Assembly: GCA_040753015.1 (NCBI GenBank)
Contig: JBFMHM010000001.1
Span: 147,157-211,156, forward strand
Length of the DNA: 64,000 nt
Direction: 5' to 3'
From: Candidatus Omnitrophota bacterium
GTDB lineage: Bacteria; Omnitrophota; Gorgyraeia; Gygaellales; JBFMHM01
Below are positions 17,277 through 27,103 of this stretch, in pieces. The number at the start of each line of letters is the position of its first letter. Position 1 is the first letter of the stretch. Both the position numbers and the translations under genes were made by a program. Under the pieces are notes generated by a model, which was given only the letters and a program-made list of their open reading frames with translations, was not told the DNA's origin and did no database searches.

Positions 17277-18139
17277 ATGTTTTCTCTCTCCCAAAACCTC
17301 CTAAACATAAACCATTGCTCTGGATAAAGCCGTATATATTTTGCAATCAAATATGAATATTCTGTTATTAATTTACCGATTGCTTCTGGGCTTACATCAG
17401 AAGTATTAGGAATGATTGCTTTCTCAAAAATTAATTTAAATTTATCGTTAGGCTTTCTAATCATCAGGCCTAAAATAATCGGAGAACCGCTTTTTAATGA
17501 GAAAAACGCCGGACCCTTAGGAAAATATATGTCTTTACCAAAAAAATTTATTATCTGTCCTGTTTTAGTAAAATCCCTATCGCCAAGAATTGCAACAATA
17601 TAATTTTGTGCTAAGCACCTAATAATACGTATTGGGCTTCTGCCTACCGCAATAACATTAACACCTTTTGAACTACGTTGACGGTTAAAAAAATTGTCGA
17701 CTTTTTTTTCTCTATGAGGAAGCGCTACAGCATAAAAATTATATCCTAAAGTTCCTAACACAGCCCCACCCAATTCCCAATTGCCAATATGCGCTGTTAA
17801 AGCAATAACGCCTTTATTTAATTTAAGCGCTTCATCTAGGTATTCTAAATTCTTGATCTCTACGGACTCTAATATATTTTCTTTATTTAAAAGTTCGAAT
17901 CTAAAAAAATCTACAAGATATTTTGCAAAATTTCTAAAAGCAGCTTTTGCAATAACATTAATTTCTTCTCTATTTTTATCGGGAAACACTGCTCTTAAAT
18001 TATCCCTAAAACAATCTCTATCTTTTTTTGAAACAGAATAATGTATATCAGCTAAAAAAACAGCTACTCCATAGAGAAACTTTAAAGGTAGTCTTAAGCT
18101 TAAAAATTTACCTGTATTATATAGAGCAATGCCTAACAT
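17258..18139 (-). CDS. LpxL/PatA-family lipid acyltransferase
   Basis: TAHIGNWELGG; LGDRD; YPEQWFMF. Confidence 0.88.
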   Translation of the reverse strand: MLGIALYNTGKFLSLRLPLKFLYGVAVFLADIHYSVSKKDRDCFRDNLRAVFPDKNREEINVIAKAAFRNFAKYLVDFFRFELLNKENILESVEIKNLEYLDEALKLNKGVIALTAHIGNWELGGAVLGTLGYNFYAVALPHREKKVDNFFNRQRSSKGVNVIAVGRSPIRIIRCLAQNYIVAILGDRDFTKTGQIINFFGKDIYFPKGPAFFSLKSGSPIILGLMIRKPNDKFKLIFEKAIIPNTSDVSPEAIGKLITEYSYLIAKYIRLYPEQWFMFRRFWERENIWEFVF

Positions 18140-19248
18140 AAACCTAAAGTAAAGCTTGCAATATCTACTGAGGCATTGGGTTTACTTATACAAAGTGCAT
18201 TCTTACGCATATTCTCAAGCCTATCTTTATCATTCAATAAATTTTCCACTACTGTATTTATAGCATTTATTCTTTCTACGTAAATAGCAACACCTTTTTT
18301 TACTAAATAATTAGTATTAAAAATTTCCTGGCCGGGAATCGGGCTCACTATAATCAGAGGGACTTGTTTAGCCAAGGCTTCTGATGTAGTCAGGCCACCG
18401 GGTTTTGTAATAATTAAAGTAGCTACACTCATCAGCTCATCAATATTTCTTGTAAAACCAAAGATTATGATTTTATTTCTATGCTTTTTCTTTAACCTTT
18501 GTGCCTGTATCTCTAACTTTTTATTCGTACCACAAACTAAAATAATTTGAAGATTCAAATGTATGCCTTTGAGAGATTTTATTATTTTTTTAATAGGGCC
18601 TATACCTTGTCCGCCACCCATAATTAAAATTACCGGCAGATTTCTGTCAAGTTGTAATTTTTCAAAGACAACACTAGCATTAATTATATTTTTAAATTTT
18701 GAATCAATGGGGATACCGAATACTTTTATATTATTTTCTGCAATACCTTTTTTAATCAAATCGCATTTTAACTCTTCTGAACCAACAACATAATAATTAA
18801 CTTCATTTTCAAACCAATAGGCATGCGGTGCATAATCAGTCATCACGGCAACTAGCTTAAATTTATCTCTAAAACGCCTCTTATATTCAGCGCACACACC
18901 GCAAGGAAAAGCCTGTGTAGCCACAACAACATCCGGCTTAAACCCCTCGATCAAACGCCTAACTCTTCGATAGCTTCTAGAATATACATATTCTTTTATT
19001 TTTTTTGTACCATTAATAATTCTTTTGTTATCATAAAGAAACCCCCAAATAGCCGGGGTGTTTTTTATTGCCTTAAGATAGATTTTAGTAACGATTTTTG
19101 AAGTTGTTTTGCCAACATAATCAAATATATTTATTGATAATGTTTCTGCGGTTGGAGAAATGCTTTTGATGGCCTGCTCAATTGCAGAGCTTGCCTCTTT
19201 ATGCCCGGAAATATTTGATATATGCATTAAAAGTATTCGACGCGCCAT
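18133..19248 (-). CDS. MGDG synthase/UgtP-like GT28 diacylglycerol glycosyltransferase
   Basis: SGH..A; VMTDY..H..W; FGIPI; MGGGQG; ITKPGGLTTSEA; PIPGQE. Confidence 0.88.
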   Translation of the reverse strand: MARRILLMHISNISGHKEASSAIEQAIKSISPTAETLSINIFDYVGKTTSKIVTKIYLKAIKNTPAIWGFLYDNKRIINGTKKIKEYVYSRSYRRVRRLIEGFKPDVVVATQAFPCGVCAEYKRRFRDKFKLVAVMTDYAPHAYWFENEVNYYVVGSEELKCDLIKKGIAENNIKVFGIPIDSKFKNIINASVVFEKLQLDRNLPVILIMGGGQGIGPIKKIIKSLKGIHLNLQIILVCGTNKKLEIQAQRLKKKHRNKIIIFGFTRNIDELMSVATLIITKPGGLTTSEALAKQVPLIIVSPIPGQEIFNTNYLVKKGVAIYVERINAINTVVENLLNDKDRLENMRKNALCISKPNASVDIASFTLGLC

Positions 19249-19258
19249 AATGAATATA

Positions 19259-19267
19259 ATTATAGCA
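19259..19267 (-). promoter_or_regulatory. Extended -10 promoter, near-leaderless transcript
   Basis: TGcTATAAT ends 10 nt before ATG 19248; no SD. Confidence 0.5.
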
Positions 19268-19363
19268 AAACAAAGGTAATTAGAAATAAAAAAAATAAGA
19301 AACTACCGGTTTGATTTGCTAGACAAAACTTATGCTTTGACTAATAAAGAATAAACTATTGCC

Positions 19364-20578
19364 TTAAACTTCTAGTAAAGATTCGGAAACACTAGGATGA
19401 GTAAAAGCTAACTTTTTGAACTTATTTAAATCTAGGTTAGAATTTATAGCAGTTACTAAAATATTAACTATCTCAAAAGCATTTGGACAATATAAAACTC
19501 CACCTAAAATTTTGTCTGTTTTATCTTCAATAAATAATTTTATAATACCGCCTGTTTCGCCTAATATATTGCAAATACCGTTGGCTTTTAGGCTAAACGT
19601 TTTAGCCTTGCCCGAAGTAACACCGACGGCAGCAATTTCAGGATAGACAAAAATTGAATTAGGAATCAAATTATAATTAATACTCTCTTCTCTGATATTA
19701 TTTTGCAAATTATAAATATTAGTCGCACAGGTTTTGCCTTCCTTGCTAGCTGCATGAGCAAGTAAAAGTTTTCCGTTAACATCGCCAGCTAGATAAATAT
19801 TTGGTTCCTTTACAAAGCTAAGCCAATCTGAATCCAAATTCGGCATTCTCCCAATAGTTACTAATACTTTTTCAAAATTATCTATGTTTATTTTACTAAA
19901 ATCACATGAAGTAATGATATCAATGCCTATTTTCTTAAATTCAAGCCCTACTTTCTTTGATATTTCAATATCGAGTTCTGGTAGGATATAAGATTTGACT
20001 TCAATAAGGGTTACATTAATACCAAAATTCGAAAAAATCCAAGCAAATTCACAGCCAATTGCCCCTGCACCAATTATTAATAAATTTTTTGGTAAAACCT
20101 CTAAATTTAAAATATCAGTCGAAGAAAGTATTTTTTTACCATCAAATTCAAGATTATTAAGTTCTTTCGGCATAGAACCGGTTGCTAAAATCAGATTTTT
20201 TGTCTTGAGAATCTTCCCGTCGATAATAATCTCACTGCAAGACTTAATTTCTGCGTTTGAATAAAATAAATCAATATTTTTTAATTGATACTTAAGCCCT
20301 TGTGCGATATTTTCAATAATCTTCTCTTTTCGCTTGAAAATATCAGAAAAATTTATACTAAAATCTTTAGTATTTATACCAAATTCTTTAGATTTTCTTA
20401 TCTGATGAATAAGTTTTGCGCTTTGAAAATATACTTTGGTAGGAATACAACCATAATTAAGACAAAGCCCGCCTATTTTATCTTTCTCAACCAGAGCTGT
20501 CTTTAAACCAAGATTACTTGCAGTGATTGCAGCATTTATTCCTGCCCAACCACCACCTATAACTACTACATCATACAT
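19364..20578 (-). CDS. lpdA: Dihydrolipoamide dehydrogenase-like flavoprotein (short)
   Basis: GGGWAG; GGLCLNYGCIPTK; GAGAIGCE; LLAHAA; HPSVSE. Confidence 0.8.
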   Translation of the reverse strand: MYDVVVIGGGWAGINAAITASNLGLKTALVEKDKIGGLCLNYGCIPTKVYFQSAKLIHQIRKSKEFGINTKDFSINFSDIFKRKEKIIENIAQGLKYQLKNIDLFYSNAEIKSCSEIIIDGKILKTKNLILATGSMPKELNNLEFDGKKILSSTDILNLEVLPKNLLIIGAGAIGCEFAWIFSNFGINVTLIEVKSYILPELDIEISKKVGLEFKKIGIDIITSCDFSKINIDNFEKVLVTIGRMPNLDSDWLSFVKEPNIYLAGDVNGKLLLAHAASKEGKTCATNIYNLQNNIREESINYNLIPNSIFVYPEIAAVGVTSGKAKTFSLKANGICNILGETGGIIKLFIEDKTDKILGGVLYCPNAFEIVNILVTAINSNLDLNKFKKLAFTHPSVSESLLEV

Positions 20579-20579
20579 T

Positions 20580-21497
20580 TTATTTAGGAAGGGAGTTTTT
20601 TATTACACTTGCTGCTTTTTGAAATAATTCTTTTTCTTCTAAATTTAAGTCTAGTTCAATTATTTTCTCAATACCATCCCTACTAAGAACCACCGGAACA
20701 CCGAGACAAACATCTTTTAAACCATATTCTCCATTTAAAAAACAAGAAGCAGTGGTTTGTTTTTTTTGATCATTCAATATTATCTCAATTAATTCAAGGA
20801 GCCCTGCAGATGGCGCATAATAAGCGCTTCCTGTCTTATACAAAGAAACAATCTCAGCGCCCCTATTCATTGTTAGCTTAATAATTTCATCAATAATTGT
20901 CTTATTACAAATTTCTGTAAGCGGCTTACCACGAACAAGGGTAAATCGCGCCAAAGGAAGCATTTCTTGGCCATGGGATGCAACTACAAGTGGATTAATC
21001 TCTGTAACAGAAACTGACAATTTTTCTGAAATAATATTTGCAAAGCGCGAAGCATCTAAATTCATGCCAAAGCCAATTATTTTTTCGCGCATAAACCCAA
21101 GCTCTTTGTAAGCAATGTAAGTAATAATATCAAGCGGATTTGTAACAATAATTACTATTGTATCGTGAGAACAAAATTGCTTTATTTGGGCAGAAATATC
21201 CTTTATAATTTTTGAATTTATCAAGAGTAAATCTTCGCGTGTCATACCAGGTTTTCTGGCGACTCCCGCAGTAATCACAATAACATTCGAATCTTTTAGA
21301 TATGAAAAATCAGTTGTGCCAACAATATCAAATTGTTTATTTAAGGATTTTTGGCTATCTTTTATATCAAAAGCCTTTGCGCATGCAAGGCTACTAGCAA
21401 TATCTATTAAAGTAACACTTGCAAATTGCCTTTCAACAATTCTTAGGGCAAGCGTACCGCCAACATTTCCTGCACCAATTATGCTAACCTTAGGCAT
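20580..21497 (-). CDS. mdh: Malate dehydrogenase (LDH-like)
   Basis: GAGNVG; TAGVARKPGMTREDL; VTNPLD; GSAYYAP. Confidence 0.93.
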   Translation of the reverse strand: MPKVSIIGAGNVGGTLALRIVERQFASVTLIDIASSLACAKAFDIKDSQKSLNKQFDIVGTTDFSYLKDSNVIVITAGVARKPGMTREDLLLINSKIIKDISAQIKQFCSHDTIVIIVTNPLDIITYIAYKELGFMREKIIGFGMNLDASRFANIISEKLSVSVTEINPLVVASHGQEMLPLARFTLVRGKPLTEICNKTIIDEIIKLTMNRGAEIVSLYKTGSAYYAPSAGLLELIEIILNDQKKQTTASCFLNGEYGLKDVCLGVPVVLSRDGIEKIIELDLNLEEKELFQKAASVIKNSLPK

Positions 21498-21498
21498 A

Positions 21499-22581
21499 TT
21501 ACTTAAGTTTGTTAATTACAGCATCAGCCATTTCTTGTGTGCCGACAGCCTCATTAATTTTGTTATGTGGCTTTAAATCGTAGGTTACAAATTTTCCTTC
21601 GCGGATAACATCACTAACTGCCTTTTCAAGACGGTTTGCCGCATCTTCTTCATTTAAATACCGTAACATTAAAACCGCAGAAAGAACCATAGCTGTAGGA
21701 TTAACTTTATTTAGGCCTTTATATTTTGGCGCGGCCCCGTGCACAGCCTCAAAAACTGCAATCCCTTCTCCAATGTTTGCTCCTGGCGCAATACCAAGCC
21801 CGCCAATTAGGCCCGCGCAAAGGTCAGATACAATATCGCCATAAAGATTTGGCAGAACTAGCACATCGTAATTTTGTGGTTTTGTCACTAGCTGCATTGT
21901 CATATTATCCACAATACAATCGGAAAATTCAACTTTACCTTCATATTTTTTTGCAATTTCACGGCCAACCTTTAAAAATAGCCCGTCGGTAAATTTCATA
22001 ATGTTTGCTTTATGTACAACGGTTACTTTTTTACGATTATATTTAAGCGCATATTTAAAAGCAAAATCAATAACACGGGCTGACGCGAAATTAGAAATTG
22101 GCTTAATTGAAATTGCAGAATCTTGGCGAATTTTTTTAGGTTGAAGGCGTTCAATTAATGTAATTAGTTCTTTTACTTCATTTGAATTAATATCAAATTC
22201 AATACCTGCATAAAGGTCTTCGGTGTTTTCGCGGACAATAACTAAGTCGATATCTTTAAAATTACTTTTTACTCCCTCATAACTTTTTGCCGGCCTTAAA
22301 CATGCATACAAATCAAGTATTTGCCTTATTCCAACATTTACAGAACGAAAACCTGTGCCTATAGGAGTAATTATTGGGCCTTTTAAAGCAATTTTATTTT
22401 TTTTAACTGATTGAATTGTAGAATCAGGAAGGATATTTCCGTGTGTTTTAATTGCATCTTCACCAGCGGGATGTTCTTCCCATTTTACGCCAAGACATAA
22501 CGCATCAACGCATCTTTTTGCAGCAAGACTAACCTCTGGGCCAATGCCATCACCGGGGATAAGCGTTACTATATAGCTCAT
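21499..22581 (-). CDS. icd: Isocitrate dehydrogenase, probably NADP-dependent
   Basis: PGDGIGPE; GFRSVNV; RENTEDLY; HGAAPKY and TYDL NADP-type residues. Confidence 0.82.
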   Translation of the reverse strand: MSYIVTLIPGDGIGPEVSLAAKRCVDALCLGVKWEEHPAGEDAIKTHGNILPDSTIQSVKKNKIALKGPIITPIGTGFRSVNVGIRQILDLYACLRPAKSYEGVKSNFKDIDLVIVRENTEDLYAGIEFDINSNEVKELITLIERLQPKKIRQDSAISIKPISNFASARVIDFAFKYALKYNRKKVTVVHKANIMKFTDGLFLKVGREIAKKYEGKVEFSDCIVDNMTMQLVTKPQNYDVLVLPNLYGDIVSDLCAGLIGGLGIAPGANIGEGIAVFEAVHGAAPKYKGLNKVNPTAMVLSAVLMLRYLNEEDAANRLEKAVSDVIREGKFVTYDLKPHNKINEAVGTQEMADAVINKLK

Positions 22582-23078
22582 AGATCAAAACTTCCGTGTT
22601 TCTTTAGATATTCAACCGCGCCACCCTCGGCTAAAATTTTACGCATAAACAATGGCAACGGCTTAATATCAATAGAAATATTTTTATCTTTAACTAATAT
22701 CTTACCAGTCTCTAAATCAATATTTAAATAATCATTGTCGTTAATTTTATCTGTATCAGCTTCAATTAAAGTTAAACCAATATTAATTGCGTTACGATAA
22801 AAAATTCTAGCAAAACTCTTCGCCACAACCGCATTAATACCGGCGGTTTTAATAACCCATGGGGCTTGTTCGCGCGAAGACCCGCAACCAAAATTACCTC
22901 CAGCAACAATCAAAGAATCACCCTTCTTTACCTTTGAAAAAAAATCAGGACAAATATCTTCAAATAAATGTTTAGATAATTCATTCATATCTGTAATTGA
23001 AAATTTATACCTTCCGGATATAATCAAATCTGTATTAACGCTATCGCCAAATTTAAAAACTATGCCATTTATTTGCAT
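22578..23078 (-). CDS. LeuD/HacB-type dehydratase small subunit
   Basis: VNTDLII; NFGCGSSREQA; SFARIFYRNAINIG. Confidence 0.92.
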   Translation of the reverse strand: MQINGIVFKFGDSVNTDLIISGRYKFSITDMNELSKHLFEDICPDFFSKVKKGDSLIVAGGNFGCGSSREQAPWVIKTAGINAVVAKSFARIFYRNAINIGLTLIEADTDKINDNDYLNIDLETGKILVKDKNISIDIKPLPLFMRKILAEGGAVEYLKKHGSFDL

Positions 23079-23084
23079 ATAATT

Positions 23085-24131
23085 CTAAAAATGTTTAAAC
23101 TCTTCCGCGTTTTTGACTTTTGCCATAGCTGTATCTAGCGAAATAAGCCCTGCTTCAAGTAATTCCCTTAAAGACTTATCCATGGTTTTCATGCCAAATT
23201 GGCCGCCTGTCTGCATTAATGTTGGAATTTGCTCAATCTCTTGTTCCCGGATAAGATTACGAATACCAGGCGTACCAATCATAATCTCAGTTGCAATAAC
23301 TCTTCCCTTGCCGCCTGCTTGCGGCAGTAGAAGCTGTGAAACAACTGCCTGTAAACAATCTGCTAATTGAAGACGCACCTGTTGTTGTTGATGCGGAGGA
23401 AAAACATCAATTATACGCTCAATTGTTTGTGGCGCATCAGGCGTATGTAAAGTTGCTAAAACTAAATGCCCTGTTTCTGCGGCAGTTAAAGTAGTAGAAA
23501 TAGTCTCTAAGTCGCGCATCTCACCAACAACAATAACATTAGGATCTTGCCTTAATGTATGACGGAGCGCTTCAGCAAAAGAATGCGTATCTGAATAAAC
23601 CTCGCGTTGCTTAATTATACTCTTCTTATTCTTATGAATGAATTCTATGGGGTCTTCGATACAAACAATTATAGACTCCCGCTCAGAATTAATTAGATCA
23701 ATCATCGCTGCAAGCGTAGTAGTCTTACCAACACCCGTAGGCCCTGTTACTAAAACTAGCCCGTTTGGCTTTCGTGCTAAAGTTGATACTATGGAAGGCA
23801 AACGTAATTGTTCAAGTGATGGAATTTCAAGAGGAATCCTTCTAAAAGCAGCTTCTACAGAACCTTTTTGCATATGAACATTAACACGAAATCTATCAAG
23901 CCCGGGTAAAGCTAAAGATAAATCTAATTCTAGCTCTTTTTCAAATTCTTCCTTTTGGGGATTAGTAAGTATAGTATAAATAATCCTTTTTATCTCATCC
24001 CGTTTTAATTTACCCAGATCTGTACGAATCAATTTTCCATCAACCCTAATTATCGGCGGCTCTTCTTCTGTAAGATGTAAATCTGATGCGCCCTCTTTTA
24101 TAGTCATCATAAATAAATCTTTTAGATCCAT
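23085..24131 (-). CDS. pilT: Type IV pilus retraction ATPase
   Basis: ASDLHL; GPTGVGKTTT; IEDPIE; LRQDP; GEMRD; AAETGHLV..TLH; GIRNLIRE. Confidence 0.93.
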   Translation of the reverse strand: MDLKDLFMMTIKEGASDLHLTEEEPPIIRVDGKLIRTDLGKLKRDEIKRIIYTILTNPQKEEFEKELELDLSLALPGLDRFRVNVHMQKGSVEAAFRRIPLEIPSLEQLRLPSIVSTLARKPNGLVLVTGPTGVGKTTTLAAMIDLINSERESIIVCIEDPIEFIHKNKKSIIKQREVYSDTHSFAEALRHTLRQDPNVIVVGEMRDLETISTTLTAAETGHLVLATLHTPDAPQTIERIIDVFPPHQQQQVRLQLADCLQAVVSQLLLPQAGGKGRVIATEIMIGTPGIRNLIREQEIEQIPTLMQTGGQFGMKTMDKSLRELLEAGLISLDTAMAKVKNAEEFKHF

Positions 24132-24139
24132 AATACCCC

Positions 24140-25396
24140 CTATATGAATTTTCTTGGATCAGTAATTTTGCCTGTTACAGCACTTGCTGCTGCTGTTAAA
24201 GGCGAAGCTAAATAGATAAATGCATTCGTATTACCCATTCTACCTTTAAAATTCCTGTTTGCAGTAGAAACTACCACTTCGTTATCTGCCGGGACTCCTT
24301 GATGAGTACCTACGCAAGGCCCGCATCCTGGCGGCACAATAACGCAGCCAGCATTTATAAAATCTTTTATCAAGCCAAGCCTTAAAGCTTCTAGATAAAT
24401 ATTTTTAGACGCGGGAGAAATTATACATCTAATATCATTCTTAACCTTATATTTCTTTAAGATTGAGTGCGCTTGTTCTAAATCCTCTAACCTACCATTA
24501 GTACAAGTACCAATGTAAACTTCATTAATTTCGGTATTCTCTAAATCTTGAACTTGGCATGTGTTATCAACAACGTGCGGCTTGGCTAACATTGGGCTAA
24601 TTTCGGACACATCATATTCTAGAATTTTTTCGTATATCGCATCTTTATCTGGGGCAACTATATTAAATTTTGATTTAATATTATACTTCTTGAGCCAGCT
24701 AGTTGTTTTCTTATCTACAGGCATAAACGCGCATTTTGCACCCATCTCAATAGCCATATTACAAATTGTAAAACGTCCGGACATATCAACTTTATCAATA
24801 TAGCTGCCATTAAACTCAACTGCTTTATAAGTAGCTCCATCGGCAGTTAATTTTCCGATTATATAAAGTATGATGTCTTTTGCAGTAACCCCTCTTTTTG
24901 CCTCGCCTGATAATATAATTTTAAATGTCTCTGGAACCTTAAACCAATTTTTACCGCTTGCGGCAGTTATTGCAAGATCTGTGGAACCAACGCCTGTTGC
25001 AAAAGCACCCAATGCACCATAAGTACAAGTATGCGAATCTGCCCCTAAAACCATATTACCCGGTAAAACATTCCCGCCTTCAGGAATTACCTGATGGCAC
25101 ACCCCACAGCCAATATCATAAAGTTTCATACCAAATTCTTTAGCAAAATCACGCATTCTTTTATGAACAGCTGATGCGCCCTCTTTTGAACTTGGAGCAT
25201 TATGATCGATAACAAATGCTATTTTTTGACTATCGAATAATTTCTTTACGCCTAATTTATGAAGTTGATCAATTACTATATTACTTGTGCCGTCCTGACT
25301 AAAACAAAAATCTATACGGCAAAGTGCGAGATCACCCGCCTTGACATCGCCTGAGGAATGCTCGCTCATTATCTTTTCAACTATTGTTTTTGGCAT
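24140..25396 (-). CDS. LeuC/HacA-type [4Fe-4S] dehydratase large subunit
   Basis: GADSHTCTYGA; IGTCTNGR; CGPCVG; STANRNFKGRMG. Confidence 0.93.
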   Translation of the reverse strand: MPKTIVEKIMSEHSSGDVKAGDLALCRIDFCFSQDGTSNIVIDQLHKLGVKKLFDSQKIAFVIDHNAPSSKEGASAVHKRMRDFAKEFGMKLYDIGCGVCHQVIPEGGNVLPGNMVLGADSHTCTYGALGAFATGVGSTDLAITAASGKNWFKVPETFKIILSGEAKRGVTAKDIILYIIGKLTADGATYKAVEFNGSYIDKVDMSGRFTICNMAIEMGAKCAFMPVDKKTTSWLKKYNIKSKFNIVAPDKDAIYEKILEYDVSEISPMLAKPHVVDNTCQVQDLENTEINEVYIGTCTNGRLEDLEQAHSILKKYKVKNDIRCIISPASKNIYLEALRLGLIKDFINAGCVIVPPGCGPCVGTHQGVPADNEVVVSTANRNFKGRMGNTNAFIYLASPLTAAASAVTGKITDPRKFI

Positions 25397-26544
25397 ATAA
25401 ATTTTTTAAGTCTTGTGATTCCTTTTTCTATTTCTGACTCGCTGGCTGCGAAACTTAAACGGATAAATTCATCGAAACCAAATGGTGCGCCCGGAATAAC
25501 CGCAACTTTTTCCTCAATTAAAAATTTCTTTGCAAATTCTGCAGATGGTAAACCAAATTTTGAAATATTACAAAAAAGATAAAATGCTCCCTCGGGATTA
25601 ATATATTCGATTTCAGAAACATTTCTCATTAATTCAACTATCAGGTTTCGCCTTTTTTCAAAAATTCGACAAAATTCTTTTGTTATCTCGCTATTTTTTA
25701 AAGCACAAAAAGCAGCTTTTTGGCTAATTGAACACGGGTTTGATGTTGCATGACTTTGTAAATTTGCAACCGCCTTCATAACTGCCTTTGGGCCGCAGGC
25801 ATAACCAATGCGCCATCCTGTCATAGAATATGACTTGGACATACCATTCACAGTTATCGTTAAATCATTAATCTGACTGCCCAAAGAAGCAATAGATATA
25901 TGAGGCTTATTATCAAAAATTATTTTTTCATAAATTTCATCACTAATAACAAGTATGTTATGTTTAACACAAACATCTGCAAACTGTTTAATTTCTTCTT
26001 TTGAATATACTTGACCGGTTGGATTCGACGGACTATTTAAGATTAATAATTTAGTGCGTTTCGTGATATGCTGCTCTAGAAGCGCTGGCGTTAATCTATA
26101 ATTATTCTCTTTTACTGTCTTGATAATTATGGGTTTAGCTTGAGCAAGCTTCACCATTTCTGGATAACTAAGCCAGTAAGGCGAAATAATTAAAACTTCG
26201 TCGCCTTGATCAACTAAAACTTGAATAATATTATAAATAGAATGCTTAGCGCCGTTTGATACGACAATTTGTTCAGGCAAATACTCTAAATTATTATCTT
26301 TCTTAAGTTTTTGGCAGATTAACTCTCGTAATTCAAGTATGCCTTGGGCAGGAGTATATTTAGTAAAACCACCTTCGATTGCTTTAATAGCTTCTTTTTT
26401 TATAAAATCGGGCGTGTCAAAATCAGGCTCACCTGAAGCCATACTTACAACATCATGCCCTTCCTGTTTCATCTTCTTGGCAATGCTCGTAATTTCAAGA
26501 GTTTCGGAAGGGCTAACCTCTAAAATTCTCTTGGCGAAATTCAT
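25381..26544 (-). CDS. aspC: PLP-dependent aspartate aminotransferase (class I)
   Basis: GEPDFDTP; NSPSNPTG; SDEIY; SKSYSMTGWRIG. Confidence 0.9.
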   Translation of the reverse strand: MNFAKRILEVSPSETLEITSIAKKMKQEGHDVVSMASGEPDFDTPDFIKKEAIKAIEGGFTKYTPAQGILELRELICQKLKKDNNLEYLPEQIVVSNGAKHSIYNIIQVLVDQGDEVLIISPYWLSYPEMVKLAQAKPIIIKTVKENNYRLTPALLEQHITKRTKLLILNSPSNPTGQVYSKEEIKQFADVCVKHNILVISDEIYEKIIFDNKPHISIASLGSQINDLTITVNGMSKSYSMTGWRIGYACGPKAVMKAVANLQSHATSNPCSISQKAAFCALKNSEITKEFCRIFEKRRNLIVELMRNVSEIEYINPEGAFYLFCNISKFGLPSAEFAKKFLIEEKVAVIPGAPFGFDEFIRLSFAASESEIEKGITRLKKFICQKQ

Positions 26545-26551
26545 TTGATAA

Positions 26552-27103
26552 TTATAAGGAATCTCTTTCTTTCTTAAAAATCCCCTTTATCCCTTTTAAA
26601 AAGCCTTTTTGCTTAGGCTCTTTTTCCTCTCTAGGCTTATGTTCTTTCTCTTCTAACGGCGGAGCAGAATGGTGATGCTCGTGAATCTCTTCTTCCTTTT
26701 TATGCTTATGTATTTCTTTTTTTGATTTTTTAATTTTTTCTTTTATTTCCTTCTTAGTTAATTCAAATATAACAAGCTCTGCACCGTCTCCACGCCTTGC
26801 TCTATAAGGAATAATTCTCGTATAACCACCTTTTATATCTTTATAACGTGGGGCTATCGAATCAAATATTTTTTTTACTAGGCTTTCATCTCTTAAAACA
26901 CTAAACGCGCGACGCCGCTTTGCAATTGTACCTTCCTTAGCATAAGTAATCAATCTTTCACAGAGAGATCTTGCGGCTTTCGCTTTAGTCTTCGTCGTTT
27001 TGATTGATTCGTATTTAAACAAAGCCCTGCTAAGCGCTTCTAATGTTGCCTTCCTTAAACTTGTAAACCTTCCTAATCTAAATTTACGTTTTGCGTGTCT
27101 CAT
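26552..27103 (-). CDS. rplQ: 50S ribosomal protein L17 with C-terminal extension
   Basis: MRH..LGR; GGYTRI; RRGDGA. Confidence 0.96.
   Translation of the reverse strand: MRHAKRKFRLGRFTSLRKATLEALSRALFKYESIKTTKTKAKAARSLCERLITYAKEGTIAKRRRAFSVLRDESLVKKIFDSIAPRYKDIKGGYTRIIPYRARRGDGAELVIFELTKKEIKEKIKKSKKEIHKHKKEEEIHEHHHSAPPLEEKEHKPREEKEPKQKGFLKGIKGIFKKERDSL

Noticed and set aside
21499-22581. leuB call for the dehydrogenase next to the leuCD-like genes
   Set aside because: It has the IDH-type SVNV and KY motifs rather than the IPMDH E..LL.LR and HGSAPDI motifs
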